Virus record (IMG/VR): IMGVR_UViG_3300033145_001841
Coordinates: 240-64,239 of that record
Source of the DNA: a virus
Lineage: Duplodnaviria; Caudoviricetes
DNA: 64,000 bases
Strand: one strand, 5' to 3'
The first letter of the stretch is position 1, and each line of letters starts with the position of its first letter. Below the pieces are notes generated by a model. It saw only the letters and a program-made list of their open reading frames with translations. It was not told where the DNA came from and made no database searches. A program made the translations under genes and the position numbers. Positions 38,392-49,972 of the stretch are shown here, in pieces.

Positions 38392-38907
38392 CTAATCAAA
38401 GGTGATGTTGGTGATTTCCCACTTATTGACTTGCCTGTAAAGTTTATATCTCCAATAGTTTGTACCTGATAAAGCTCCCCGGCTACCAGGCCCGATTTTT
38501 CCTTGCGCTGTTGCCGTAGCCAACTCAAACCCCTTCCGGTCTAACGCTCGAACCCAGGCCTTCACGTCTCCCCTGAACTTTGGATCCGTGCATCGAACAT
38601 CGAGCCTTAAAGAAAAATCAACAAATTTTCCATACCTTCGAAGATATTTTATTTTGATACCAAGGATTTTCAAGTCAAGTTCGTATTGTGGATGCGCTTC
38701 TTCTGGCTGTTTTGCTATATCTTTGCCGTATTCGTTCAGCTGATACACTTGCCCCGTTGGTTTTTTGTCTGAAACGTGAACTTGGCCATTTTGATCAACC
38801 CATTTATACATCTTTGCAAAAGTATGAGTCAAACATAAGGCTAAGGTAGACGCTAAAGCGAGCGCTATGATGAGTAGATTTAATGGCCTCCACGCTATTG
38901 TTTTCAT
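38392..38907 (-). CDS. DUF4124-domain secreted protein
   Basis: Signal peptide then MYKWVDQNGQVHVSDKKP. Confidence 0.75.
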   Translation of the reverse strand: MKTIAWRPLNLLIIALALASTLALCLTHTFAKMYKWVDQNGQVHVSDKKPTGQVYQLNEYGKDIAKQPEEAHPQYELDLKILGIKIKYLRRYGKFVDFSLRLDVRCTDPKFRGDVKAWVRALDRKGFELATATAQGKIGPGSRGALSGTNYWRYKLYRQVNKWEITNITFD

Positions 38908-38951
38908 CTTACATTCCTCCGAAATTATTCATGGAATTATTCATGGGGTGG

Positions 38952-39818
38952 TCATTTCCACCCCATCCCAACTCTAATTCTTTTACGCAAAACATCAACA
39001 GGACAATGCAAATATACATTCCGGATGGTATCTGCTGAATCCCCAAGCAGGACCGCCACGTCTTCTATTTTTACCCCTCCTATAAAGAATAAATAAGAAG
39101 CCGTATAATGTCTGAAAGTGTGCGCGCCTCTTCCGTCCCTCCCGTTCTTAAACCCAAGGTCTTTCAGCATCCCGTTGACAATTTCCTGGACACGGCCGAC
39201 GTCCGGGAATGTTTTACTCAGCCATGCTTTTTTCCCGACCTCGGATTGTCGTGCCACCATCAGCTTGTGGGTCTCCTTCGAAAAGAACGCCGGTCGCGGC
39301 TCAGTTTTCGAGTCAGAAAGAAACAGCGTGCCGGCCGCCATGTCAATATCCGTCCCCCGCAAAACAGCCAGCTCCCTTGCCCGGCAACCGGTTTCGATGA
39401 GAAGCGCGGTTATCAACCTGTCCCGCGTTGGGTTTGCGCTCCTGGGGAAGAAATAGGCCCGGCACTGCGCGATCTCGTCTTGAGACAGCCAACGCCTTGC
39501 ATGTTTCAACTTGAAGGCCTTCTTGCCCTTGTTGCTGATCGAGAAGGTGTATTGCGATGGACGCCCCGCCCACTTTAGGAATATTTTAATGCCGGTGAAT
39601 TTCTGGTAAATGGTTTGGTCGGAAATTTTCCGCGCCTTGAGCGCCTTGGCCAGGGCGGGCATATGCGATTCGATGTGTCTGACTTCCGTGATGCCGCTGG
39701 ACGCTTCACAGAATTTGCGAAGGTCATTCAGGCTGATGGTGTATCCTTCGCGGGTGGTGGGGGCAAGGCTCTGCACCTTTTGGCTGTTCAGGTATTCATT
39801 GATCTTCTCCTTTATCAT
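38952..39818 (-). CDS. second tyrosine recombinase (XerC/D-like)
   Basis: SLAPTTREGY SAM domain, ETGCRAREL, AHTFRH and LLGD...NVYLH. Confidence 0.88.
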   Translation of the reverse strand: MIKEKINEYLNSQKVQSLAPTTREGYTISLNDLRKFCEASSGITEVRHIESHMPALAKALKARKISDQTIYQKFTGIKIFLKWAGRPSQYTFSISNKGKKAFKLKHARRWLSQDEIAQCRAYFFPRSANPTRDRLITALLIETGCRARELAVLRGTDIDMAAGTLFLSDSKTEPRPAFFSKETHKLMVARQSEVGKKAWLSKTFPDVGRVQEIVNGMLKDLGFKNGRDGRGAHTFRHYTASYLFFIGGVKIEDVAVLLGDSADTIRNVYLHCPVDVLRKRIRVGMGWK

Positions 39819-40546
39819 TTGATCCTCCTTCAGGCGTTCACGACAGCCTTTTATCTTTCCCCCTGTCGCTCCAATCGCCTTCCCTGATGAACCTGGCAAT
39901 GTTTTTCACCTTCGCTTGGCATGTCAGGCACAGGTGCGTATCTTCGTTGAACCCGAATTCATTCCCGTCGCATTTGGAACAGAAGTAACATTTACTCTGG
40001 TTCGCTTGTTTGTAAAGGCTGTCAATCGGCTCGAAAAAACCTCCATGGTCCCTTCCCGCAAGGCCGTCTTCAACGTCAGACGCGACCAGATTTAGTATGA
40101 AATGCAGGATTACTTTCTGCTGTTCCGGTTGTAGTGAGTCCATTACCCGCTTTCCTGCTCTCATTACTGTTTCGGTTGCTTTTTTCATTTTTCTCCTTTC
40201 CCGCCTGGCGGGGATTAAGCTAACTCCAACACCGGCATTTTGCTTGATCCGGAGACAAGCTGTGGTCTCCCACAACTATGTGTTTCAATTTCGCAATAGG
40301 TATCCCCATGAAAAATAGCTGTTTTTCCGTGAATGGTTTTCGCCACGTCGTAACCATCCGGCAGGATATAATCCCTTCCGCCGTCGTCGTAACCCTCATA
40401 TTCTCGGGTGTTGCCGCCCCACGGGACGAGATCAAAACCGCTGCCTAACTCCATGCTTGCCATGTACGCTTTCGTTACTGTCCCTTTGTAGAGTTTCACT
40501 GTTTTCATCTTCATTCTCCTTTCCCGGCATAGCCGGGGGTTTGGGG

Positions 40547-41122
40547 TTAATCCCATTTGTGGGCGTCGCAATGGTCAGCCCACGTTTTTTCCATTTCTGC
40601 GATTACCACTTCGCAGTCTTCACCGTTACCAATCTTCTTTTTTGCTTTATCACCAGCTGAGGACTTCCGGTAGTGGCTGGCTAACTCCCAATTTTCAGCC
40701 TTGATATACGCTGACGCAACCGGGTATTTTTTTGCAATGTCGGCAACTTCTTTAGCGGGTCTCGCCGGGGGATTCACTCCATCATTCATTTCGTTTTCCA
40801 TCATGCGAGTGAAGCCCTCATGATAATCGTTCCAATCGCTGATTATGGCCCTCAACTCGGTTAATCCCGGGACATTATTATTTATTGCTGCTACTTTCGC
40901 GGACCATCGTTCGGCGGATAAATCAGCGGACTCACTCACAACCGATTTGATTTCCGGCATCGGCTTTGAGCTGAGAGCCCGGCGGAGGGTTTCGGCATTG
41001 CACTTTGTGCAGACAAATTTGTGCATGTTTCCCATCCCGGGCACGATTTCAACGATATGGGTAATCTCGTTTTTGCCTTCGGCGTATTCCCTTGCCGCTT
41101 TCACGGTTTTAAAAGTTTTCAT
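40547..41122 (-). CDS. hypothetical phage protein
   Basis: ORF with GGAGG RBS in a leftward cluster of small genes. Confidence 0.55.
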   Translation of the reverse strand: MKTFKTVKAAREYAEGKNEITHIVEIVPGMGNMHKFVCTKCNAETLRRALSSKPMPEIKSVVSESADLSAERWSAKVAAINNNVPGLTELRAIISDWNDYHEGFTRMMENEMNDGVNPPARPAKEVADIAKKYPVASAYIKAENWELASHYRKSSAGDKAKKKIGNGEDCEVVIAEMEKTWADHCDAHKWD

Positions 41123-41294
41123 GATCCCCTCCCTAATCGTGTTTTGCGCTATCCCCCGCACTGTTAATGTTTTTTTTCAAACCAATTTTTTATAACACAT
41201 TATCGCTTTTGCATCATCATCTTCCTACATCCCCAATTGCAGGCCCGGATGTTGGGTAGAACGTTGCGTTAAACATATTTGTTTTCACCTCCCC

Positions 41295-42212
41295 TTATGC
41301 CGCCTTCTTAAACTTAATTTTTCGCTTCAGTGTCCCGTCCGAAGAGTACCCGGACAGATCATCAATATCGTCTGCCAATCTCTTCAGGTTGTCACCCAGC
41401 GCCTTGGCCGTTCCCCAATCACCCCTGATGACTTTGGCGTCAGAGGCCTCCAGGGTAGCTTTCAACTCCGCAACCTTTACCTTGATGTCTTCCAGGTCAA
41501 ACAATTCTGCAACCTGGGAATATTTCTCGATGATGTTCATGGGCTTCTTAATCGTGGCCTTTGTGATTTTGTCGCCGGTTTCAAATATCTTTGCGGCAAT
41601 CACGTCACAGGCTTCAATAATCCCGGCGTGAGCTTCCTGCAGGATCTCTTTTTTGAGGCTATCGTAGCCTTCCTTCAGCTCCTTTCTGAATTCATCCTTC
41701 GCGTTGATCAGGTCTTGAGGGTCAGCTTCCATTGCCCCAACCTCTGACACCTCGAAAACAATCCACCTGACGTGGAATTTACTGATGATCTGCTCCGATG
41801 TGGGCCAGTTGGCGGTCGCCAGTACCGGGTAATTCTGGATCATTTCTTTCTTCAACTTAGGGAGCTGTTCGGCCAGTTGGATCCCGGTTTCAAGATGATC
41901 CGCCTTGATTTTCTCAAGCCCTTCTTTGGTGAGCAACGTATTCTTGAACGGAACAAACGTGGCGGCCGGCAGAAAAAATGGCGTACCCGCTCTATTCATG
42001 AGGGCGTTTACTTTCCCCGGGACCCCGGATATCTTAACCCGGATGTCGCTTGGAAGCAGGTATTTCCTGCCCAGCTTGAAAATATCCAGGATATCCTCTG
42101 GGTCTTTATCCAGGTCCCCGGCGTTCAGCCGGTCCGTCCCCGTGTAAGTCGAAGTTTTCACGACCCACACACTACCATTCTGGTACAGCGTTTTTGAAAC
42201 ATTTGACTCCAT
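41295..42212 (-). CDS. DUF3150-like protein
   Basis: 305-aa helical protein (KLGRKYLLP...TPFF...FVP) downstream of DUF1257/DUF2997-like genes. Confidence 0.5.
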   Translation of the reverse strand: MESNVSKTLYQNGSVWVVKTSTYTGTDRLNAGDLDKDPEDILDIFKLGRKYLLPSDIRVKISGVPGKVNALMNRAGTPFFLPAATFVPFKNTLLTKEGLEKIKADHLETGIQLAEQLPKLKKEMIQNYPVLATANWPTSEQIISKFHVRWIVFEVSEVGAMEADPQDLINAKDEFRKELKEGYDSLKKEILQEAHAGIIEACDVIAAKIFETGDKITKATIKKPMNIIEKYSQVAELFDLEDIKVKVAELKATLEASDAKVIRGDWGTAKALGDNLKRLADDIDDLSGYSSDGTLKRKIKFKKAA

Positions 42213-42282
42213 GGTATTTCTCCTTTCGTATGATTTTACGATTTGGTTTTCTGGGAATTTCGTGTTGTTTCAAATGCCCAAT

Positions 42283-42316
42283 AAAAAACCCCGACGGATC
42301 CACATCCGTCGGGGTT
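42283..42316 (-). terminator. intrinsic terminator
   Basis: AACCCCGACGGAT-CCAC-ATCCGTCGGGGTT stem followed by a T-run on the minus strand. Confidence 0.7.
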
Positions 42317-42345
42317 CTTGATGGAAATTCGAGGGTGTTCTTCAC

Positions 42346-42786
42346 CTACCAACCCCCCATGTTCACCGTTAATTCCTGCCAACCCTCCCGGCCCTTAACG
42401 GCCCCCTGCGTCCAACCCCGTGCATGGGCTCGGCAAGTTACCTGTGTTTTGGCAATATTGTACGTCTGCTTCAGCAGCCCAGCGTTTTCTCCGAGTCTCG
42501 TTTTCAGGCCACCGGGCGAATAGAAGTCATATAGCAACACCCATTTGTCGTTTTTCCTGACAACTCCAACCTCATATCGGCACCCTGGGATGTTAATGGC
42601 ATGGCTACACCGGCCCATATCCTTGGCCTCGAAGCCTTCCGGAATAGGGAAGTCACCAACATGTCTTCCGAACCATGCGAAGGTCTCTTTGCCCTCGATG
42701 AACTCCCACCCCTGGTTCTCGCACATGCGTTTCAGGGACAGGATATCGTAGAATTCCTTTGCGTCAATCGTTGTTACGTGGGACAT
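42346..42786 (-). CDS. DUF1257/Ycf35-like protein
   Basis: MSHVTTI...YEVGV...LLYDFY...LKQTY. Confidence 0.7.
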   Translation of the reverse strand: MSHVTTIDAKEFYDILSLKRMCENQGWEFIEGKETFAWFGRHVGDFPIPEGFEAKDMGRCSHAINIPGCRYEVGVVRKNDKWVLLYDFYSPGGLKTRLGENAGLLKQTYNIAKTQVTCRAHARGWTQGAVKGREGWQELTVNMGGW

Positions 42787-43135
42787 GGTTCACCTCCTCT
42801 TTGAGGCATATAAAGCACGGTATCGCTTTACCTTCCTTCAATAGCATATTGAAGTCTTTTACGACTTCGTGCATAGGAGTTTCTGTTTCGCGGCCGTATA
42901 TCTCCATGCGCGTGCAAAGCATGCTGAAGTCAAGCCTCAGCTCCAATAATGTCGTGTCTACCATTAGATTCTCCTTTCAGGCATCCACAAGGGGCACTCT
43001 TTGCCGTTTTTCATGCCTTTCTTCAGGTTCCACCTGTATTTCAAGCGTGCATTTTTTCTTATACAGTGCTTGTCGCATTCTGAATCGCAACCGGCCAATG
43101 ATGTAACGATGTTACCGATATGCGCCTGCCCAGAA

Positions 43136-43354
43136 TCATCCACATAGGCTTGCTGGATTGTATCCATAACTTTTCTCCTTCTGAATCGCCTGAGCGTTTT
43201 GCAGAAACCACTCGGTCTTCATCTTGGTATCTTTCTCGGTTCCCAGGGCCTCCTCAAGGAATTTCGTGGCCTCCTTGCACCCCTTGCCTTTGTATCCCAC
43301 GGCCTCAACCTCTATTTCACCGTTCGGGCCGTACAGGATTTTGATTTGTTTCAT
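43136..43354 (-). CDS. DUF2997-like protein
   Basis: GEIEVEAVGYKGKGCKEATKFLEEALG. Confidence 0.8.
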   Translation of the reverse strand: MKQIKILYGPNGEIEVEAVGYKGKGCKEATKFLEEALGTEKDTKMKTEWFLQNAQAIQKEKSYGYNPASLCG

Positions 43355-44253
43355 GGCTTCCCCTTTCAACGGACCTCCGTTCAATGATGTATTCCCATTT
43401 CCCGTGCGGCGTTTCGACACTTTTTGATCTTTCTCGTTTTAGGTTTTGCATAATAGCTTCCAGCGCCCACTCCATACCGTTAATGCTCTCGTCCTTGATT
43501 GTTATTTTCAGTTCCACTTTTCACACTCACCTCCTCATCGATCTAACCGCGTTAATCTTCAACTCAGCCGATAATCCGGCGAAGTCATGCTCAACCCCGT
43601 TTCGGTACGCCCTGGCCGCAATGCAGCACCCATCCCCAAACGGCACAGATTCGAGCGTGCAGGTCGCAACGTCGCCAGTGAATACCAGCGCAGGGCATGG
43701 GTCGTGCTCCCCGATCCTGAATGAAATACGGGCCAGGGCGCATGTCTCGGCTAAACAGCAGAGTCCGCATCTTGTGCATGGGTTTGGGTATTTCATGGCT
43801 TATCCGGATAGAATTCATCCTTATCATAAGTCTCGAAGCCACATTCCGGGCATCGAATATCCATCGTTCTCACCTCCTCTATTTTAGTTTTTCCATCCAG
43901 AAAGCCCCAAAGCGAACTTTGAGGCTCGAGCATGGAACAACGGTTTAATCCTCCATCAATCAATCCTGACGACCCTGCCTCGTCGGATGCTCAACACACC
44001 GTCATCTTTAAATTTTCCGGTGACAGTCCAGTATTGCGTAGCGGACCCCACAACCCTTTCTTTGTCTATAACATGGCATTTCCGCTTAACGGTCTTCATT
44101 GTGTCTCCAAGTTTTATGACCCCATTCCCACACGCATAGAATGTTCGTGCGTTAGCTGGGGCTTCCATTATCATAATTGATGCAACCAAAATAAATGCAA
44201 ACACCCCGACCTTAAATTTCATTCTCATGGCTCCCTCCTTGATCATTACCCTC

Positions 44254-44535
44254 TCAATGCTCGGGCAGTTTGATTTTTCTCTTCGCTCCCACTTTCACCG
44301 GATCCCCGGCCGAAGCAGGGATACAGACGCTTTCAGCCTTTTTCTTGATCTCCCCCAACCGTGGACCCAATGCCTTGGCAGTTGGGATCACGAACTTAGC
44401 CGCTTTCTCAGCGCACACTTTCATCATGCTCATAGTGTTTGCCAGCTTCTTGATATCTCTGCCGGTCCACCCATTAAAGTCAAAGTTGCCGGGGATGTCC
44501 ACATCTAATTTCTCGGACCAGATCCGTGCGATGCC
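44254..44535 (-). pseudogene. C-terminal remnant of an AAA ATPase
   Basis: IARIWSEKL...GWTGRDIKKLA resembles an AAA lid; no Walker motifs upstream. Confidence 0.45.
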
Positions 44536-45771
44536 TCACCTAAAAATCCAGAACGTGGCCCTGCTTCAAGGCGACCTTCAAGATTTTCACGCAAAAAAAA
44601 TGGGCGAAACAGCAAGGGGGTGCTGTTTCGCCCGAGAGCCCGGCTCAAGGCCGGAATTTGATAAAACTCTTAATCCAGTTTGATAGAAATACTGAATGCA
44701 ACGCCCCGCACACCGGGCATTCAGGACCTTCAAATATTTCCTCGCAGTCAATGCAGAATTTCGCCGATGTGAGTCGCATCATTTCCTCCTTTCCTTGAAG
44801 CTCTTTTCAAAATTTTCCGTAAATAACATGCACGTTTGCCCGTTTCGCTTGAATCCAAACACGCCGGGCTCCACCTCGTAAGCGCTCAGGATACCGTGGT
44901 ATCTCATAGCGGCCTTTATTTTCTCGTTCGTTTCAAGGCAATTAACACCCTCCACCGGAGGTGATTGCATTGCCAGAGGGGAAAACAAGAGCCAGATGAT
45001 GAAAATAGGTACCATCCTACGACCACCTCCTTTCTCAGTCGTTTCTCGGTCGTTCCGCAGGATGTCTCAGTAGGCACCCTGAGCAAAGACCAAAAAAAGT
45101 AGGGAACCGAAGTCCCCCATTTGATTATTTTCCGAGCTTCCTGCTCTCTCGCTTTTTGATGGCGCGAATGACCTCAAACGTGGACTTGAGCTTCTTTGTT
45201 TTAACCGTCCAATATTTCTTGCTTTTGTGCTGCTTCCAGGTTGTCGTTGACGCCGCGTAAGATGGTACCGCGAACGCCATTATGACCGCAAATATGATGG
45301 CTTTTTTCATGATGTTTCCCCTTTCAGCATTCCCTTGATCAGCTTATGCAATTTCGGTCCGCGGTCGTAACCGCAGTGGACTACGAAGGTTCTTCTGGTT
45401 CCCCCATAAAATAACGTATGTGTTGACTCGCCATCGTCCCCATAATGAGAGTCCATGACAAGGCGAGTTGTCTTTGAAGGGTTTTTGTACCACCTAAGGT
45501 CACCTGATTTTAGCAATCTGTAGTAGGTCTTCATGACGTTTTCCTCGGCGCACAATACAACGCCTTCCCGATCATGCGAAACGAATACCACTTCCGCATT
45601 CCATTCGTCAGATGGTCGCAACGAAACCACGTCGCGCCATCAATTACGCGTTCTTTTGGCATGATATTTTCCTCCAATGAGTTTACCCATAAAAAAAGCC
45701 GTCCCGAAAGACAGCCTCTTTTATGAGGGGGTCAACGATTTCTCGCTGGCCCCTATATGGACGTGCCTGCT

Positions 45772-46716
45772 CTATCCGTTGGCAGCAGACAGTTTGTAAT
45801 TCTCAAGCTCTCCGGTTAATTTCTTGGCAACGGCGGTCAAAGACTTCGCAAGCTGTTCAATGATGCGCTCCTGGCCTTTCTTTGCGATCAAGATCGCGCT
45901 GCTGTGCCCGTTCCCGAGCGGGGACCCGGCGTATTTATTCACGACCTTTTCGAGTGAGTCGAATAATTTCCCGGCCCGGTCGAACGTGAACGGCTTCTCG
46001 TTCCACATGCACACCAGGTTCTTCTCTTTCCTGGAAACCGTCTTATTCGCATCTTCGTCCTTTGAAAACAGGCTCTTTGTTCTTGCGGCCCTGGACGTTT
46101 GTACCTCAATCACATACTTCTCAATGCCCTTGACCATCAGGCTGCTTTTGTTCCCCGCAGCGACAGCCTTTTTCATGGCCTTGACAGGATCAATATCGTC
46201 CTGCGCGACCTCAGCGATTTTCCTGGCGACCTGCTTGCCAATTTCACCAGCGTTAAGCGCCTTTTTCACTTCGCCCGGCAAGGATGCGATACACCTATCA
46301 TCCTGAAGGGCCTTTACGGATTTTCCAAGCGTTGAGGCCACATTATAGATATTGGCGCCCGCTTCGAGCGCCCGCTCCACAGTGTTGATGATTTCCATGG
46401 GCGCATGAGCCAAGCTCATGTTATCCATCAACTGCTCCAGACGTAATTCTGATTCATCCTCAGTGTCATCGACATCAAAGATAAATGCAGGAATTTCCTG
46501 CAACCCAGCCTTGACGGCCGCCGATGCCCGATGGGCGCCGTTCTTGACAATCAGGTCGCCATTTTCCATGCGGCGAACCGTGATGGCCTTGTCCGGGCGG
46601 AAGCCCTTGTGTTTCATGCTGACGACCAGAGTGTCGATATGGTTGTCGTTCAGGCTTTCTCGCGGCTGATCTTCGTCCAGGTGCAGCTTTCCAGGTTCTA
46701 CCATTTCCGTGTTCAT
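45772..46716 (-). CDS. ParB/Srx N-terminal domain protein
   Basis: DEDQPRE...AITVR...KNGAHRASAAVKAGLQEIPA...QLMDN. Confidence 0.8.
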   Translation of the reverse strand: MNTEMVEPGKLHLDEDQPRESLNDNHIDTLVVSMKHKGFRPDKAITVRRMENGDLIVKNGAHRASAAVKAGLQEIPAFIFDVDDTEDESELRLEQLMDNMSLAHAPMEIINTVERALEAGANIYNVASTLGKSVKALQDDRCIASLPGEVKKALNAGEIGKQVARKIAEVAQDDIDPVKAMKKAVAAGNKSSLMVKGIEKYVIEVQTSRAARTKSLFSKDEDANKTVSRKEKNLVCMWNEKPFTFDRAGKLFDSLEKVVNKYAGSPLGNGHSSAILIAKKGQERIIEQLAKSLTAVAKKLTGELENYKLSAANG

Positions 46717-48280
46717 AACATCCCCCTTGTAATTTTCCCGGCATCAGCAATATTGCCCATGCCAACCATCAGCGGGCGCAAGCATGGCCCGGTCATGGTA
46801 CAAAGGTTTTCATGGTCAAAACCCATATCCGCTGTCAAGGGATCGCGCCCCGGAAACGTCAAGGATTTTCTCAGCCGAAGCCGATAATTTCCAGCAGCTA
46901 CGTTTACCCGAAGGGTTCACCTGGCTGGAAAATTTCTTGTGATTTCAAAAGATGCTTCCCCTTGAAAGCAGTATGGATCTCTGTGCAAAAAAAAAGCACG
47001 GTGTAAATCAAGCCGCCTAATGGAGCAAGCCAGTGCAATCCAAACGATGTAAGCACAAGCCCAATCAGTTAAAGACGCCAAGCAGTAAACAGTTCGTCCA
47101 GCGTTCAATCAGCGACAACCACCAACCGACCCGAAGGTCAGCCCCGGCGGTCCTCACGCTGTAAGAACCATGCTCAGCAACCGAAAGACAAACGGCAGCG
47201 CCCACGGTGTTCTTCTCACCATGGCAAGCCACATTTCGGCGGCAAAAGTGCGCTTTTGGTGTCCAGAGTGCGAAACTGGAACCGTGGCCTTGATCTTAAT
47301 GTCGGTTGGCCCTTCGGGTTAATTCACCGACACGCAGTATTATTCTCAAAAAAGCATGGGCTGGAGTTACGGGAATACCCACCTGCCAGTCCGGAAGCCA
47401 TACCGGGAGCCACCTTGCCATGGCCGTTTTACGCCGAAACCATCATGAGGCGGAACGGAATTCAGCAATCCAAGCAATCCGGGCCGATCAAAAACCGGAA
47501 TGCTTTTTGAGAACGTTCCCCTACCTGGAACCCACAGTTATCTCACTCCCGTGGGAAGCAGGACGGCTTTTTAACGCTGTACACGTTGCAGCGGTCAGGC
47601 GTCACACCTGGCTGTCAATCGCGGAGCCCGGATTGATACGGGGAAAGGAACCGTTGCCGATAAATACGGAGCATCGACACCATGGCGGTCAGGCCGGAAG
47701 CATCGATGCTCCAAAGGCGCAAGCCCTTTACTCAGAGCGTGGGGTCTATTACGCCACGCCCTGAATAAAAAGCATCGGGGTTTTGATGCGGGGAACCCCG
47801 GTAGAACCGTGAAGCGGGTAATGGGTTAACACCCAAAAAGCATGACGATGGTCATAAAACACATTGCCACACCGGTAATCGCCGAAAATGCAAGGACCTC
47901 TTTTGTCGCTCTCATAATATCGTCCCCCTTATCTATTAACGGATTCAAATCCCCAAAAAGCGTCAAAAACTTTTTAGGGTCCAAAAAAAAAGAAATAGGA
48001 AGAATCAGGCAACCAAAGCCATCGTCAACCCCCTCATACTCTCTAACGGGTTCAAAATATGGGAAAGCGCCATTTATTTTTGGATCCGTTCATTTTTTTG
48101 TTGCAATCGCTGGGGAGAGGCGTATAATCATGTTGTCGATAATACAGAGAGGTTGTTATGCAGTCAAAAAAATCTATGCTCGTGGGTTGTAACGGTAGCA
48201 ATGCCGTCACCGTGGTCTCTGTACCACGCGACAGACCCACGGGCATTTTTTTTTCATAAGGAGGGGGGGGGGGGAGCACC

Positions 48281-48997
48281 ATGGGAAACAGTAACATTTT
48301 TTGGGGCAGCAATAACGGTAGGTCGGGGAGCCACAATGGGTCCACAGTGGATTTCAACATCAATAAAAATTTATCATCGGATAGCGTACAGATCGTTTTG
48401 ACGCGGATGCTCGACAAAGGGCACCCTGCGTTATTTGGGCCTCAGGATGCTTTTGAGGCCTACGTCCGGGTTTCGGCCAGGTACACCGCCCGGGACGGGT
48501 CGGCCTGGGAGGATCGCAAGGCGGATTTGGAGCTGTGGGAAATCCAGGATATCACGCCATCAAATAAGGTCGCAAAAATGGACCTGAGCGACGCCCCCCT
48601 GAAAAAACGGGATCAGGAATATCTGAGGCGGTACCTGGCCGGGGAAATAAATGATGCTATTTGCTCCGATCTCGGCATTTCCCCCCGCACCGGGGACCGT
48701 ATCCGGCTAGGTACTGTCAAAACTCTCAAGGCGTGGACAAAATACGACGGGGCCAAAGCCCTCCACCAGGCCGATATGACCTGCCTACACGGGTCCGATA
48801 TCTCAGATTTACGGTATCGCAAAGTTTACTCACGGGACCATGCGGAAAATCAGCGCATCAAGGCCAACGCAGACGAGCCCACGTTTTGCAGCCTCTACCC
48901 TACATGCCCGCTCGTCCCACCTCTGCCGGATTGTCAACTCCCTGATTATCCACTCCGCGCTACTGATGCAGAGCGGATGCGCGTCAACGCCCGTTAA
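48281..48997 (+). CDS. hypothetical protein with HTH (possible late regulator)
   Basis: NDAICSDLGISPRT HTH-like segment; upstream of the packaging module. Confidence 0.45.
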   Translation: MGNSNIFWGSNNGRSGSHNGSTVDFNINKNLSSDSVQIVLTRMLDKGHPALFGPQDAFEAYVRVSARYTARDGSAWEDRKADLELWEIQDITPSNKVAKMDLSDAPLKKRDQEYLRRYLAGEINDAICSDLGISPRTGDRIRLGTVKTLKAWTKYDGAKALHQADMTCLHGSDISDLRYRKVYSRDHAENQRIKANADEPTFCSLYPTCPLVPPLPDCQLPDYPLRATDAERMRVNAR

Positions 48998-49259
48998 TTC
49001 CAAATTTTTACAACTCGACCAGCCCACGGCTACCACAGAGCGTGGGCTTTCTTTTGCCCAACCCAGTGACCGCCCGGTCATTGTGTCTCAGGTGTCATCC
49101 TTACTTGATACACTTCCGTCTCGCATTATCGTGATACGCTGTGATGCTCTGTAATCCTGCTCGTGGTGGACGTGAGTACGATTGTACGTCGTATGCCGTG
49201 TGACGTGGATTATGTGCAGTGTTGGGCATATGTGCGCTCCGATCATTGGTATCACAATG

Positions 49260-49530
49260 TGGTACTGTAAACAAATGTTACGGTTGTAAACTTATGTTAC
49301 GGTTTCGGTTACTCATAACGTGGGGTTATGGGTTGGCTCATTCATAAGCTTAGGTTATGAGTTGCGTGACTCATAACCTAAAGTTATGGGTTGTAATTGG
49401 CGACGGCCTATAAGATGAGAGTGTGTAGAAAGGTAACACTGTGTAGAAAGGTAACACTTGTGTCTCAAGATAGTGTCTCATGTTAATAATGATGCAATGA
49501 TGCACCATTGTGTCTCAATGTGTCTCATAT
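49260..49530. repeat. cluster of short tandem/palindromic repeats upstream of terminase
   Basis: GTAAAC..ATGTTACGGTT x2; 29-bp-period CATAA...GTTATG x3 (49311-49393); GTGTAGAAAGGTAACACT x2 (49423-49458); several GTGTCTCA. Confidence 0.8.
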
Positions 49531-49972
49531 TAACATCCCCTGACCTTTATGGGCTATAAAGGTTGGTGGTATAACACAATAATATCAATAAGATAGGCTG
49601 GTCGTCATGTGTGATACTCGGTATGACCATGACGTACACCCCCCCCTCGGATTATCTCAGACACCCCCCGCCCCCCTGGGGCACACGGGGTAGTCGTCAT
49701 AATATTTCTCCTAAAAAAACGGTCCCCTTAAAGCCCCGTTTTACTACATAGATTTGCGAACTTTTTTCTTACCATTGACAATTGGCATATATTCGTATTA
49801 TTAAAAGATAATTGGTGGCATATGTAAGTTGAATCTATTTTTATAAATATATGTCTATATGCTATATATTAACGTATATCTATATATATATATCGCATAT
49901 GATCAAGATTAATATATTGTTATATATATATAGGGTATTTTAAACGGTCGTTTTTAGGAATAGGGCAGATAA

